Positions 50,201-63,760 of a stretch of DNA of 64,000 nucleotides are shown here, in pieces. Made by a program: the position numbers and the translations under genes. This DNA is from Vicugna vicugna (Eukaryota): positions 4,093,050 to 4,157,049 of the forward strand of contig MU058781.1 of assembly GCA_013265495.1 (NCBI GenBank). The letters are read 5' to 3'. How positions within the stretch are numbered: the first letter of the stretch is position 1; each line of letters opens with the position of its first letter. Under the pieces are notes generated by a model. That model saw only the letters and a list, made by a program, of their open reading frames with translations. It did not search any database and had not been told where the DNA came from.

Positions 50201-50508
50201 CGGGTGCCGCGCTCTCTGCAGAGCCAGGAGCCATTAGCCCACCCCAGGAACCCTCCCAGAGGGAGTGCCTGGGCTGTTCCATGTGCCTGCAGCTTTGTCA
50301 CTTAATCAACTGGTTAGTTCATTGGGGCTGAGCCAGAGAGAGCGGTGGCTTTGATGTTTGGGAAGTGGAAAGGTGTCCAGCTGTGCTGTTTGAATGTCAT
50401 TTGCTATTGTTTCTGGGGGGTGGGAAATGTATGCTGTCAACTCTTCCTTTGACGGTGTTTTCTGTTAGCTTACAAATAAATCAGAATAAATTTGAACCTT
50501 GTCTGACA

Positions 50509-50509
<1 letters not shown>

Positions 50510-50550
<41 letters not shown>
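50510..50550. repeat. (CA)n microsatellite
   Basis: Direct observation. Confidence 0.95.
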
Positions 50551-50552
<2 letters not shown>

Positions 50553-52059
50553 CAAAATCAAACCCCTCCAACAAATTGCTTACATGCCAAAGTCCTGTCT
50601 TCCAGTAGGACTTCAGTTTATTTTCATGGACCAATAATAAATCCTTCCAGAGGCGGTATTTAGAATGGAAATGCTGATGGGTCCTTTCATTGTGACATGC
50701 TGCCAGGCGCTGCTCTGACACGAGCGCTCTGGTGCCTGGGGGATCGGGTACCAGGCATCAGGATGACAGGATGGGGAGAGGTGGCTGAGCTCAGATACGG
50801 CGCCTGGGCCCAGGGCTCTCACATTAGTCCTGGAATCAGCAGCACGAAGCCATGTGTCCCGGCTCCGTCAGCAACAACGCGTTGTAAAACACTCGTTTTC
50901 AAGGACTGACGTCACAGTGTTTACAGTATGTGCTCTCACTGACTTCCTGCCTTACTCTTGGTTTTCCTCTGTGGAGCACTGTTAATATTGCTTAGAGTCA
51001 TAGCATGTTAGATGTGGGAGGAATCGCAAAGGTCATCTGATTTGTAAAGGCTGAACCACAGTGGGGACCCAGGATCCCAAAGGAACAGCGCAAGAGCCCT
51101 GAACTCTCTGGCTTTCGTCCACCTCACTCTCACTCCTGCAGCGGCACGAACAGTCTCACCCAGCACCTGCCGTCTCCTGCCTCTCCAGTTACCCCCTTTA
51201 GTGACGGAGTGATCCTCTGCCCCCAAAGTGGCCTGAGGATCCCTCCCCATGGCTGCTGCCCCAGGCTCCCAGGAAAATGCCCCCATTGCCCAGTGCTCCC
51301 ACTGGCGGGGACTTGGGGTACCAGAGTGGAGCCTCCTTCCCTCCCCTCTCCTGTCACCTGGGAAGCAGCGGCTCCCATACTCAGCCAGTTCTCCATCCCT
51401 TAGGCACCCGCTAACCTCCTTCTTCCTTTGTTCAAACAAAACCTATGCAAGCCCGATTCTGCAAAGCAGATCATTTGGGAGTCGCCCACAAGTAATCAGA
51501 CATGTTAAACTCTCCGTTTAGGTTAAAAATAGCTTTTCTTGAAATATCAGTGAAGAGTCCAAGGTCCAGAGAGACTGACGTGTGAGCCTAGGTATCCTAG
51601 GACACCCGGGGCTGGCTCTCCATATCCCTTTCCCCACCGCTGGTGGCGTGTGGTGCAGTGGCTGAGAATTAGGTACCTGCATCACCTCCTGGGTCTGGTC
51701 TCTCCCCTCTGGACCTCAAGTGGACTGACTCGTGGCTTCGAGGATGAGCCCTCTCTCAGTCCTCTGCTGAGATGCATTTCAGGGTACCAGCACACACAGG
51801 ACCTGTCTCTGGAATTCTCCGACTGCTCAGTTCCTCCCTGTGTGATGTGGAGGAGGGGGCATCCAGTATCTCTGAACTCTGAGTATCTATTCCTGGATTC
51901 TCACCATAAATAGGAAAACATGTCACAACTGATGATGAAGAAGAGAGACTGTCCTGAAGGACACTTACTGTCTAACAGAAGTACAGATGCTTGGTGGACA
52001 TAACACATGGGCTGAACTGAACCAGGGGGTGGAGGTGGGGAGGATGGCAGATGGATATG

Positions 52060-52185
52060 GCTTCACATCTCAGCATCACCACTCACTAGGAGAAGGGTCT
52101 TAGGGAGGTCACTTCTCTGAGCATCAGTTTTACCACCTGAAAATGGGGACAATAATTCTGCTCCAGCATCATCCTGGGAATCAGA
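52060..52185 (+). mobile_element. MIR SINE
   Basis: TCACTTCTCTGAGCATCAGTTTTACCACCTGAAAATGGGGACAATAAT. Confidence 0.75.
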
Positions 52186-52199
52186 AGTAAGCTAGATGG

Positions 52200-52716
52200 C
52201 ACAAACTTGTACATCCATACTCACAGCAGTGTTATTTGCAATACTCAAAAGGTGGAAATGAACCAGATATCCGTCAGTGGATGAATGGATAAATAAAATG
52301 TGGTATGTCCATCCAATGGGGTATTATCCAGCCTTAAAAAGGCTTAAAAAGGAAGGTCATTCTGACACACACTAGAACATAAATGAACCTTGAGGATGTT
52401 ATGCTGAGAGAAATAAGCCAGTCACCAGAGGACACATACTGTATGATTCCACTTACACAAGGTCCTTAGAGTATTCAAACTGATAGAAACAAAGTAAAAC
52501 GGTATTTGCCAGGGGCTGGGGGGTGGAGGATGGGGAGTTACTATGTAATGAGTGTGATGTTTCAGTTTTGCAAAATGAAAGGAGTGCTGGAGACAGATGG
52601 GGACGGGTGCACAACAGGGTGAATGTAGTAAAATGCCATTGACCTGTGCCCTGAAAAATGTACGCAAAAATGAAGATTCTGTGGGGTTTATATTTGACCA
52701 CAATTAAAAAAAAAAA
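52200..52716 (+). mobile_element. L1MB-like 3' end with A-tail
   Basis: GGATGAATGGATAAATAAAATGTGGTATGTCCAT...ATGAACCTTGAGGATGTTATGCTGAGAGAAATAAGCCAGTCAC...CCACAATT followed by an A-run. Confidence 0.9.
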
Positions 52717-54339
52717 GGTATCGCTCTTAGCATGGCATTTGGCATGCAGGTGGATGCTCCGCAGATGGTTGCTAAGATCATCATCTTCAAGAGAGTGGAC
52801 ACTTACGTCTGGCTCTGCTGGGAACCAGCCAGGACCATTTATATCCCTCTCTGGGTGGCATTTGTAGAAGATCACTCACATGTCTCCCTTCCTTCCTCTG
52901 TGAGATCCATAGGTGTTTGTTGGATGATTAGGGGAGATTCAGGAGATACCATAACGGGAACGGGACTCGGGGTGGAGCTGAGATACGTTAAGCGCTCTCT
53001 CATTTCGCTCTTTGGAAGGTGAGCCTTGTGTCTCCCTCCCGCCCGCCTCTGGCTGGACATCTTAGCTTTATTCATTCCAGACACCGAAAACACATCTGCA
53101 GCCGTCCCTTGACCCACGGAGGCCTTGTTCTTACAGAAAGTCCCCGAAAAGCGAGAGAACATTTTCTTCGGCCCTTAAAAAAAAAAAAAAAAAGAGCCCC
53201 CCCCCCCAACAGCCCCGACCCTTCCACAGCCTGCAGCGTTTCAGCCTCGCTCTGCGCGCATAATCAAGGGAGCGATTCTGAACCTTGTTAATCAGAAAGG
53301 GCCCTTTAAAAATGTCATGCTGTCAATATAAAGCTTTGCTAAATTGCATTATAAATGCCAGATTCAGTCAACTAACACAGTTAACACCGTTTCTTAAGCA
53401 CAGTTTAGATTTTTATCCTGCCCGGGGAGAATGAGAAAAATAGGTCCGGAGGGCCAAAGCCCGTGGGCTCCTGGTGCTGAGCTCACGGCCTCCGGGGAGG
53501 GATTATAAATATTTCATTCCGAATCCAAGCCGCTCTCCTCCTAACGCCCTTGTCAATAAGGTGTCCCCCCAGCCCCAAAGATGCTGGTTGTGGAACTGGA
53601 TGGTTCTCACAACTAAGAAGGTTCTGGCGGGTGAGGGTCTCAGATCTGGTTTTCAATCAGCAGAGAATTTCCATCGCTGTTGCTTTATACCAGAGAGGAA
53701 AGGTTTCTTGTGAGTCCAGCTCTAAGCGTTGTATGCACACCTGCCGTGGGAGGAGAAGTCTACCTAATTGCTGTCTGCAGAGTCCCAGAAAGCCCCTTGT
53801 CTGGGGGAAGATTCATTGTCACGTAGAAATGAACAGAGAACTAACCCCTGCTTTCTCCTCCCCGCCCCCCCACCAGGTAAACGATTTCTGCACTGTTTTG
53901 ATTAATCTGATGGTGTCTTTTCCTTGTGATCCAGTTCAGACTTGGGCTGGTTGAACTCTCAGTTTAACTAAACAGCACAAGAGAAACCACGTTCAAAACC
54001 TGAAAAACGATCATTGAACATTATGACTTCTGATTTGAAAAAAAAAAAAAGCTTATCTCAGGCTAATTAGATGGCTTTTTCTACAGTCCATGCATTTCAA
54101 GAGGAAAGGTTCTAAGTATACACGGCAGGACAATGTTAACCAGTGTCTCCCCTTTCGCCCGCCTCTGCTTCCCGTTGCCTGTTGCTTCCATGCTGGACTG
54201 CTCCTCATCTCAAGAAGCAATGACACAGGTGAAGCGTGGAGTGTCTTCCAGGCCTCTGAACTTCAAGTCTTGGCCTCAGAAACAATGCAGAGACCGTGTA
54301 TGCTTTCTAAAATAGCTGGCGTTTACTGGAAATGTTCTG

Positions 54340-54490
54340 TGTGCGGGGCGTGATTCAAAGCATGGCTTTATGTCCTTTGATTTTCATTACAACCCAGTAA
54401 AATGGGTACTGTTACCATCCCTGTTTTACAGGTGAGAAGACCGAGGTGCAGAGAAATGGGGCCGTTAGCCCAGCATGGCACCGCTGGTGC
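54340..54490 (-). mobile_element. MIR SINE
   Basis: TACCATCCCTGTTTTACAGGTGAGAAGACCGAGGTGCAGAGA. Confidence 0.8.
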
Positions 54491-54653
54491 TGTAGGCTGA
54501 ATGTCTGTGTCCTCCCCAAATTTGTATGTTGAAATCCGAATCCCCAGGGTGATGGTATTGGGAGGCGGGGCCTTTGGAAGGTGATTAGGTGGTGAGAGTG
54601 GGATCGGTGCCCTTACAGGAGATGCCCCAGAGATCTCTCACTCCTTCTGCCCT
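54491..54653 (+). mobile_element. MLT1A-like LTR, 5' part
   Basis: TGTAGGCTGAATGTCTGTGTCCTCCCCAAATTTGTATGTTGAAATCC...GGGCCTTTGGAAGGTGATTAGGT. Confidence 0.85.
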
Positions 54654-56281
54654 GACTGCTGAGATCACTGGTCTCAGGCTGCTCCCACAGCGTGAGTTCT
54701 GCCTCAGAGTTGCTGTCTTTGTCTTTGGCTAGAGACCACCCTGGGCGAGGGAGGTTTGGATAGAAACTCCTAGACCCCTCAGGCTCTCTGAGCTAAGGCT
54801 CAGGCATAGAGGTTCCAACAGCCCCAGGGGGGGCTAAGAAGAGGGTCACGAGGGCAGGATGTTAAAAGCAAATGCAAACAGAGCCAGCAGGTGGGCACCA
54901 AGGGACAAGGGAAGGATCCCTGTGATCTGGCCAAGGCTCACAGTGCCTGCGACAGCTTCTGTAGTTCTGAGAGGATTCCCCAAGATGGAGGTAAGCAGAG
55001 AGTCAGAGGAGAGAGATGGGGTCACTGAGAAAAGGCCCTGCATCTACTAGGCGAGCCCGGAGCCTCAGGGGACGAGGGACAGGAGAGGGACTCTGCCTCA
55101 CTCTCGGGGAGCCTTGCAGGGAAGGCAGACACTGGAGTACAGAGGGCTGTGCCGGGGGCTCTAGATGGCATGCTCTGCAGCCTCTAGAGGGGGGAGGGAG
55201 CAGCCACAGAGCCCCATGGACCTGGGGGAGGCCGGGGGCAGCTGGAGTCTCCCAGAGCTCTCAGCGCCTCTGCGTGAGCGGGAGTGGAAGAGCCTGAGAA
55301 GAAGAGAAGACAGAACAACGGAGTCACATGGAGGATGCAGCCAACTGTGTGGATGGATCTGGGGACCAGGGCAGCAGTGGGCACCTCTGTGGATACCAGT
55401 GTGAATACAGGGGACCCACACCCTGCCTGGCATCTTGGTAGGACACTGTCACCCTGGACTTTACATGAAGAAAGGAGGGACCCTGAACTGATCGAGACTA
55501 GTCCCAAGCACCTGGACACATGGAGACTCTGAATAGAAATAGAGTGAAAGAAATTTAAATTTCTTACCCACACGCATTTATGGGCTGGGTTTGTTGCCAC
55601 CACAAGCAGTAACTATGAACAAGCTCTTTTAGAAACCTCTGAACCATCAGTACACGGATGCCCCGGACAGGACAGGTGTTTGTAATGCCTGCTTTAGCTC
55701 CGGGTAATTACTGTCGTGTTGAAGGGTTCCTCTCCTTCCACGAAGAGGGAATTACGCCGTGAGGCACCACGCGAGCACTGACTCAGTGGACCGAGGGTCA
55801 GACGATGTCGCAGGTGAGACCTAGGCCCCTGAGGCAGAGAACACGCTCTGTGGGCATCCCTTGGGTTTTATGTCTGCAGTTTTCACATCATCACCCACGT
55901 GCCCAACACAGAACCGCTACAATGAACGGGGAGAACAAAAAACACTAAAGAATATGTGGCAGCCTAGAGCCAAGAGTGTGTGTGTGTGTGTGCGCGTACG
56001 CGTGCTCCTTTTTCCACCCGGGGTCTCAGGGCGCCGTCTCCCGCTTGGAGCTTTTCTTGTCTGCTTCAAAGCCGCCTTCACAAGGTTAACACTGACAAGG
56101 GGAGCAATGCAAGGTGAGCTGCGGCCTGGAAATGGCCAGAGAGAAGTGACTGACTGTGGGCTACTCCAGCGGGGTAAATGGAGTATAAAACGCAATTTTA
56201 AATTAAACAGGTGCTTTATGTGCAACACAATATTGATTTTGTTTCCACAGGCTGAGGCTGAAGAATTGTGTGCAGTCCATT

Positions 56282-56362
56282 TGTGTGTGTGTGTGTGTGT
56301 GTGTGTGAGACTCTGTGTGTGTGAGTGCGCGTGCGTGTGTGTGTGAGAGCGAGAGAGAGAGA
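56282..56362. repeat. (TG)n/(GA)n compound microsatellite
   Basis: Direct observation. Confidence 0.9.
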
Positions 56363-58103
56363 ATTTAGGAAGAATATAAGGGTGAGTTTTAACTTAACTG
56401 CCCAGAAAGGACTTAGTGATTAATGTCTTTGGTTTTCAACTCTTCCTGGTCTTGAAATAAGGACTCCTTCCCCTTCTGACCTGTATGCTGTTAGAGCCTT
56501 TGTCAACTCCTTTAAAACAAAAAAGTCCCTCTCCTCTCCCCACATCACCCATCAGCTGTTCCCACGAGCCGCGTGGTCCTCGTGCTGTCACTCTTTTCCT
56601 CGTGATGGGGTGACAAGACGGGCGGGGCCGCTTCTGACGTTCTGAAGCAGAAAGATATTGGTACCCTTCCAGCATTTTACCACCAATACCCCTTCCACCT
56701 CTCCAGGAAATAAAAATAAGATATACAAGGGGCCATATAGCAGACACTGGAATTCTTCCTCCAAAATGCTGTTTGAAAAGTATCTGCAGTAACAGGTAAG
56801 AGTGTGAACTCTGACATCCTCAAGGTGGAAGGCCACTGCTGGCCCCGAGCAAAGCTGGAAGAGGAGGGATGTTTGTCTTTGCTGCTCTCAGTACTGCCAC
56901 CTGTGAACACCTGTCCACACCTTTTAAACCTTTTTGGCAAGTCTTGCATAGCCCCAAGCCCAGTCTAATATTTTCTAGAATGTTCTACTGAGCAGAAGAT
57001 TAATCAAACTAACTTATTTTCACTAAAAATTCAATGCATTTGAAGTTAAAGGATAAAAAAGAACCTTGGGAGATATCTTTTAATCATTGGCAGGGATGAG
57101 AGAAGCAGCATTCTCTCTTACACTGCCTGTAGGGAAGAATTTGGTTTATTAAAGTCTTAATCTCAGCACCCCCTGATTTAGTCATTTCCTTTCCAGGACT
57201 TTATCTTAATACCAATTGAGGACATGCACAAAGATGTATGCATTTGGATTCACTGTAGTGTAATTTACAATGGTCACATCTGAGAGTCACCAAAATTAAA
57301 AAAAAAAAAATAAGTGAAACAGAAGCCAGGACGAGCCAGCCTAAGCAAAGGGGAAGGGCTGGGGATACAAGGATAAACATGTCGCATGGGACTGAATTTA
57401 GGAGCATAACTGGGCAGCCCTGCCTTTGACATGTGTAGCTTGGGGCAAGAGGACGAATGAAGGCCCACGTTCCGGATGACTAAATGGTTAATGGTTATAC
57501 ACCAAGCTGTCCACGTCGTGTTGAACAGTTAAGTGTAATGTTCCGACTTCCTACCTTGCCGACTGTACCTTCGAGACAGTCTGGAGCAGCAGACTTCTCA
57601 GAGTTTGGGGCCAGAAAATGCAGCCCGTGGAGAGCCAGGCCCATGGCCCGGCCCCCTGGCCTGACCAGCCCTTTTTCTCTGTCCACCTCCAGGTCTGCCC
57701 TACATCGTGAGGGACCTTGCTGACCATCACACAGGTTGGACTCACCAGCCCAGCCATTCAAGTCCATCTTCACCCCTTGCAAACCACCACCCTATCTAGT
57801 CTTTGGACCTAGGGGTGCTCTTGCCAGCAAGCGGAAATGCCTTTAGAGGACAGACCCAGGGAACGGGCCCGCAGAGGCCCTCAAGCAGGCGGGGCCATTC
57901 GGGCCATTTGGGCCATTTGGGCTGGGAACTCGGGGATCCTGGTTTTCTTGACTATGGCTCAGAAGAAGAAAGTCTGGGTTTCAGATGGGCACATCCCTGA
58001 GCCCCCATGAGTTAGAAGAAGGGACCTCAAGGCGTTCAAGACGGGGGCCCCCTCTTGCCTGAGTCAAAGACCAACAGTGCAGCTGGTCCTCGGGCAGGGG
58101 CTG

Positions 58104-58535
58104 GTACTAGCGTCCTGGGCTTCCTTCACAAAGCGCCACAAGCCAGGTGACTTACAGCAAGAGAGACTGACTCTTTCACAGTTCTGGAGTTCTGCAATCA
58201 AGGTGTCAGTAGGGCCTTGCTCCCTTCAGAGGCTCCAGTGGAAAATCACTGCTTGTCTTTCCAGAAGCTTCTGGTGGCCCCAAGGTGTAGGTGTCCCTTT
58301 GCTTGTGGCAGCGTCACTCTGATCTTTGCTTTCGTTCTCGCATGGCTTTTCCTCTGTCCCTGTGCCCCACCTCTTATAAGGATGCAGCCCATTGGATTAA
58401 GGGCCCACCTTAAATTGAAAAATAATTTCATCTTGAGATCCTTAACTAATGACTTTGCAACTCTCTTAAGACTATATTCTGAGCTTCCAAGAGGACAGAA
58501 ATATGAAATGGATGGCTCTATTCAACCCGCTACCA
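58104..58535 (-). mobile_element. MaLR LTR (MLT1B/C-like)
   Basis: TCACAGTTCTGGAG...ATCAAGGTGTCAGTAGGGCCTTGCTCCC...CTTATAAGGATGCAGCCCATTGGATTAAGGGCCCAC. Confidence 0.85.
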
Positions 58536-58969
58536 GACTAAAACCTGGAAATGAAAAGATCACAGAGAACTCATGAAGTTACTTTCCTTTCATCGCTTGC
58601 CCCTGCTTTTTTTTTCATCTGTATCTTAGTCAACTGTTTATTTCTGCTTCTCCTTCCCCATGGCAAGTTGTGGCTGCCCCAGAACTACCAAAAAGTGTGC
58701 ATAACCTCACTAAAAAACTGGGAATCTGTAGTCCCCAGTTCCAAATTCCCAGGAGAGAGAATCTTCCTGGCTGAGCTTGGATGCTGGGTCCACTCTAGGC
58801 TGATAAATGTTGACCAGACGGACAGAGTCAAAGCTACATCAGAGCTTTGGAGCAAAGGCAGTTAATTCCCTGGGTTGGCTTATGGACTAGAGGGACGCCC
58901 AAACAGTGTCTAAAACATAGACAATTGGTTAACTTGTGGCACTGCCATGGGAAGGAAGACCACACAAAT

Positions 58970-59230
58970 ATTAAAAATTCTATTTCAGAACAAATGCTGA
59001 TGGCAAGGTGATACCCTGATAATTAAGTGGGAAAAGCAAGTTATGAAACAATATATGTATAACATTGTAGCCATGTTGTTAATAAACACATACAGACACA
59101 CACGCAGAGAACTGAGGACAGATGACTGTACACCAGATATTTATAACATTACCACTAGATGATAGATTATACATTTTTTTTTGTTTTTTTCCCCAACAAT
59201 TTACTTTTAAATTGTTTAACACTGTATTAA
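58970..59230 (+). mobile_element. Old L1 (L1ME-like) 3' UTR fragment
   Basis: TTAAGTGGGAAAAGCAAGTTATGAAACAATATATGTA...TACACCAGATATTTATAACATT. Confidence 0.55.
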
Positions 59231-60339
59231 ATATGCCTGAAAAAGGATGTCTGACAAAAAAAAGATTTACTAATAGTGGAATTTAAGACATAAATAAGGG
59301 GAAATTGGGGGTATAAGCCTAGGGGACATCTATTGGGGTATTTGCCTAATACACAAAGGTTCCTTTTTTGGGGGACTTTTCACTGGCACCATCACCTAAA
59401 AACTCTGGATCCCCACGGGGCAGCTAAAATTCTGCTGCTTGGACCAGAGATGCAGCATAAGTCAGTCTGCAGAGAGGAGAGAGGAGAATGGGGCTGACGT
59501 CAGCACAGGGGCAGAGATGACACATGGAGGGTCTGGACAGTGCCGCAGTCTGATTTAAACCCTCCCTAAGATCTGCCAACATTTCTGCTCTCCGGCTTGT
59601 TCTGATGCTCCTGTATATTTACAGTAAATGTCTTTTGGTGTTTACACGTGCCTGAGTCGATTTCTGCTGCTTGCACACAAAGTTTTGACCAATGCTGGCT
59701 CCTTCCCAGCTCCTCCAGGTCAGAACCCACCAGTGGCCATGGCCGGATACACTCCATTCTAAGAAGAGCTCAGTAAAACTTTCAGATCTGAGACCCAGTC
59801 TTTTGGGTAAAGTTATGCCCTCGGGCGCTGAAGGCACAGGCAGATAAATAAGAAAAAAGTAATAAAAGTAAGAGGTTGATGAGAAAGAAGAGTCTGAGCA
59901 GGAGGCAAATCGAAGAGAAAGGCAGGGGAGGGTGAGAAGGGAGCCGTATGATGAGAGGTGTAGAACCAAGGAGGCCAGCAGAAGTCACTTCAGAAGGCCT
60001 CCCATCCCTGACCTTTGGTAACCTTCAAGTCACAGTCCCGTGGACATCTGTCGAGTTGATCTTCATGGCCTTCAGGTTGGCCAGCGTAACATCCAACTCC
60101 TGTGTGCCTACGTTCCCTCTGTCGGAGGGCCCCAAACACTGCATCTCCAGGAGATGCGTTACTTCTTAACACCGCCTACGATGAGTAACTGCAGACTGGG
60201 CAGTCGTGTGTGACCCCAAGTCCGTTTTCTTTACTGACCACGATCCAAACCAACATCTCACAAGCCACAAGTTCCAAATCCCAGAACTATCCAAGAAAAT
60301 GTGTCCTGGGGACCAATGAGTCTGTGTGGCCTCTCAGGT

Positions 60340-61330
60340 CCCAGCATATTACTGTCATTGTACACAAATAAATTCACATTGAAAGATGATTGTCCATTGA
60401 ATAAAATAATAATCCATGAGGTCACACTGGTAGAAATAAAACTGTTTAAAAAATAAGGGGGAAAGGGAAGTGGAATGTCAACTACCAAATGTGGAAGGGA
60501 TGGTGAAAGCAGAAAATGATCATTTGACAAACACCCCAGTGATGACTGATTCTAAGAAGCACTTCAGTGGATGCTACTGAAACTGGCCAGTGACAGTGGG
60601 TGACAAGCAGGATATGGACTTAGTTGTGAAGTATCTCCCCGTGATGATTATTAAGTACAAAGAGGAAACAATAATGTTCCAGTAGAGAAACTTTAACCAA
60701 GTGCCTCACTCCCACCAAAGCCTGGGCAAACCGATTTCACCTCCTGGTACAATGCCTGAGGGGGACACTTCCCTCTACGTCATTCCTGCCAAGGTAACAC
60801 GATCTGAACCTAGTGATGGGGAGACGTGAGACAAATCCAAATTGAGGAACATTCTCCAAAAATTTCAAGTTTATAAAAGACAAAGAAAGACTCTAGAATG
60901 CTTCTAGTTTAAAGGAGTCCAAAGAGACAAGACAATTAAATGCAGCACATGATCCTAGACTGAACCCTGAACCAGAAAAAAAATTTATTTTGCTAGGAAG
61001 GACATTATTAGGGTAAGGCCTATCCATTAGAGAATATTATCTGAATGATTTGGGGGCAAGGAGATGTAATTACTATAACAAATAGTTCAGAAAGAAAATT
61101 ATATACCTTATTAGATATACTAATAAAATTATATATAATACATCATATGTACCATACGTATATATGTATGTCCATCTATCCATCCATCCATCCATCCAGA
61201 GAGACTGACAAAACAGCTGTATGCAGTAAAGGCAAAATATTAACATTTGGGGGATCTGGGTGAAGCTATTATGGGAATTTTTTGTTCTATTTCAGTTTTC
61301 TAGATCTGGAATTATTTAAAAATAAAACTA
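60340..61330 (+). mobile_element. L1MC/L1ME-type 3' UTR
   Basis: GACAAATCCAAATTGAGGAACATTCT...AAAGAGACAAGACAATTAAATGCAGCACATGATCCTAGACTGAACCCTGAACCAGAAA...GGCAAAATATTAACATTTGGGGGATCTGGGTGAAG. Confidence 0.8.
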
Positions 61331-61910
61331 AATACCACTCAAATCCCTAAGGACCAAGTAGTTGTGGCCGATTTTTCCAATAGTTGATAAAATGTCATTT
61401 TGTGCCAGCGAAGTGTCAGCTTCAACTTTATCCTGAAGTTTACTTTGTTCATTTCCCAAGTCCCACTGTCACTCTTCTAGCTGCCTGGTGTTTGTCTGCG
61501 CTGGCCTTGTTCCAGGCCGACTGCCCCCGCAGGCTTTCCCTCAGTGTCTACGTGGATGGTCACCCAGGGCGCAGCCTCTGTGGGTTTGTGCAGAGCTGGG
61601 GCGTCTGCGGTCCTAGCTCAGGGGGCCAGGTGGTCTCCTGGCATCTTCCCAGCACCATGGCGACAGGGGCTGCCAGATGGGAAGAGCATCTCTGTTCCCG
61701 TCTAGGAAGGACCCAAATATAACACTGAGGGTAGGAGGTGAGATGGAAGTGAGGGGAACTGCCTTAGCTTTTCCCTCCTTTCCAGGAACAACCTTCAGAA
61801 AGATTTTAAAGAGCTTTTTTCCTTTATTATTACTGTATGTTCTCCTGGGTTTTCTAGTACTTCAAAAGAATTCAGCCTTCCCTTTTAGAATTCACAACAT
61901 CCCCTGCCCC

Positions 61911-61913
<3 letters not shown>

Positions 61914-61957
<44 letters not shown>
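61914..61957. repeat. (CA)n microsatellite
   Basis: Direct observation. Confidence 0.95.
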
Positions 61958-61958
<1 letters not shown>

Positions 61959-63469
61959 AGAACGTCTCCCTACACGAGACTTCCCTGGGAGCCCATCTCA
62001 GTCATCAGTTGCTCAGCACCCAAGTTCTTTAGCTTTACTGTTGCACCCCTGGGGAATCATGACACTCCTGACAAATCCCACCCCCACCACCATCACCCCC
62101 GCCTCCAGAAAGAGGGAAGGAAAACTAACCAGCAGTGGGTAAGTGTACATCTGGATACAATCGCCAGTCAGGAACACTTAGCCGGGCTCCAGGTGGGAGC
62201 AGAACAACGCCTGTCCTCCGGGAAGTTCTAAGTCCCCAGGCTGAGGTGTCTGCGTCTGGTTCTGTCAGACACATCGTAAAACCGTGGCACTTACGTGCTG
62301 ATGGTAAATGTCCCTCACAGGTAGTTGTGTGTCCTTAGGGTTTGCAATAGGGCATTTCACTGAGGGTAGGAGAAAATACATACTGATGTCCCTGAAGGGA
62401 AATAAATGAAACACTTCAGGCGTGATGGCAGACCATTTGGTCATCACACCACTGTTCGCCATGGATGAATTTGGACAGTGATGCAGAACTGTCGGGAGCC
62501 AGCCCTTGGAGACCCATGATGAGAGCTCAAAGGAGCCCTTAACGAGTCACTGTATCGATGAGGTTTGGCTTGAGATATAACTGGGTGACGCCAAAGGGAA
62601 CTGGAGAGGTGGTTGTAGGTGGTTGTGTCTGGGACCGGCTCAGTCATGAGGCAGAAGCCTATGGCTGGTGGCTGCTTGGTCTATACCGGAGATGAGGGGC
62701 TTACAGACATGATGCGCCATCTACATTGGAAAATAGAAGGCAGACCTTAGGGGGTCACAGATGTCACAGGGGATTTATGAGGACAGCTGCTTCGAAGGGA
62801 ATTTCAAGGAGATGCTTCTCCTTGAAATGCTGAGCTCACTTAGAGCTGGGAGTGATTAGCCAGCAGCGCCCTCTGCCCCGAGGATAGTGGGGGATGGAGG
62901 TGAACACCCCACTTGGAGGAAGCCAACTGCAGTGGACTTGAGTGAAGAAATGCTGAGGAAGAAGTTGGTAACTTCCAAAGAGCAACAGGGTGGGACTGAC
63001 TACTGGTTAAAGCTACATGACTTACTCTGAGTGAGTTCTCAGGACGTTATCCAAATCTTTTCTTGGTTTGGGTTTGTGTGGATTTCCATCCTGGCCATTC
63101 AGGCCATTCATTACATAAAGACAGGTTGTTTCAAAGTCAGACCCAGAAAACCCCTGGGGTATGCATCTTAACCGCTGGATGTCATGAAATCCTATCTCGG
63201 TGCCAGTGGAAGAAGATGCTTTCAGAGACTCAGATGAAGTTTCACTTTGAGACCTTGTTTTAAAATGCCTGGGGAATGATGGATCATCTCAGGGCAAAAC
63301 CTGAAAACTGCTGGTACAGCTAGCTAGTGAGCTGGATTCTGTTCTCAAATTTGGGGACCAGAGGTCTTCCTGATAAGCAACTTGGTTATCCCCAAGGAAA
63401 GGTCAAGCGTTTATCCAAACTGCAAGAAATAAAGTGAGTTCTTTAACTTAAAAATAATGTTTCACGATG

Positions 63470-63760
63470 TTCAAATAATTTGTCATATGATTTCTCATCT
63501 CACCTTCACAGTAATCTTTAACAAACTGGGTACTGTCTTTCAACAAATACTTCTAAATGCTCGTAGGCTTTGTAACTTGGGATAACATGGGGAAGTAGGC
63601 AGGCATGGTCTCTGCTCTCACAAATTTAGCCTGTCCTGGAGGAAGACAATTATTATAGATGCTACTTAACTCCAAGGGAATAGCAATCTCCTTCTTCAGT
63701 TTTACTGAGGAGGAAGCTGAGGCTCCCCGAGCTTCAAGGATAATTCTTCATGCCCAGAAC
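63470..63760 (-). mobile_element. MIR fragments split by an L2-like fragment
   Basis: TCTCATTCACCTTCACAGTAATC ... CAACAAATACTTCTAAATGCTCG ... TTTTACTGAGGAGGAAGCTGAGGCTC. Confidence 0.5.

Noticed and set aside
57892..57922. GGGCCATTY repeated three times
   Set aside because: An ordinary micro-tandem duplication with no spacers; not CRISPR-like.
62861..62880. CTCF-like motif (GCAGAGGGCGCTG on the minus strand)
   Set aside because: Lacks the 5' CCA of the core; only a partial match.
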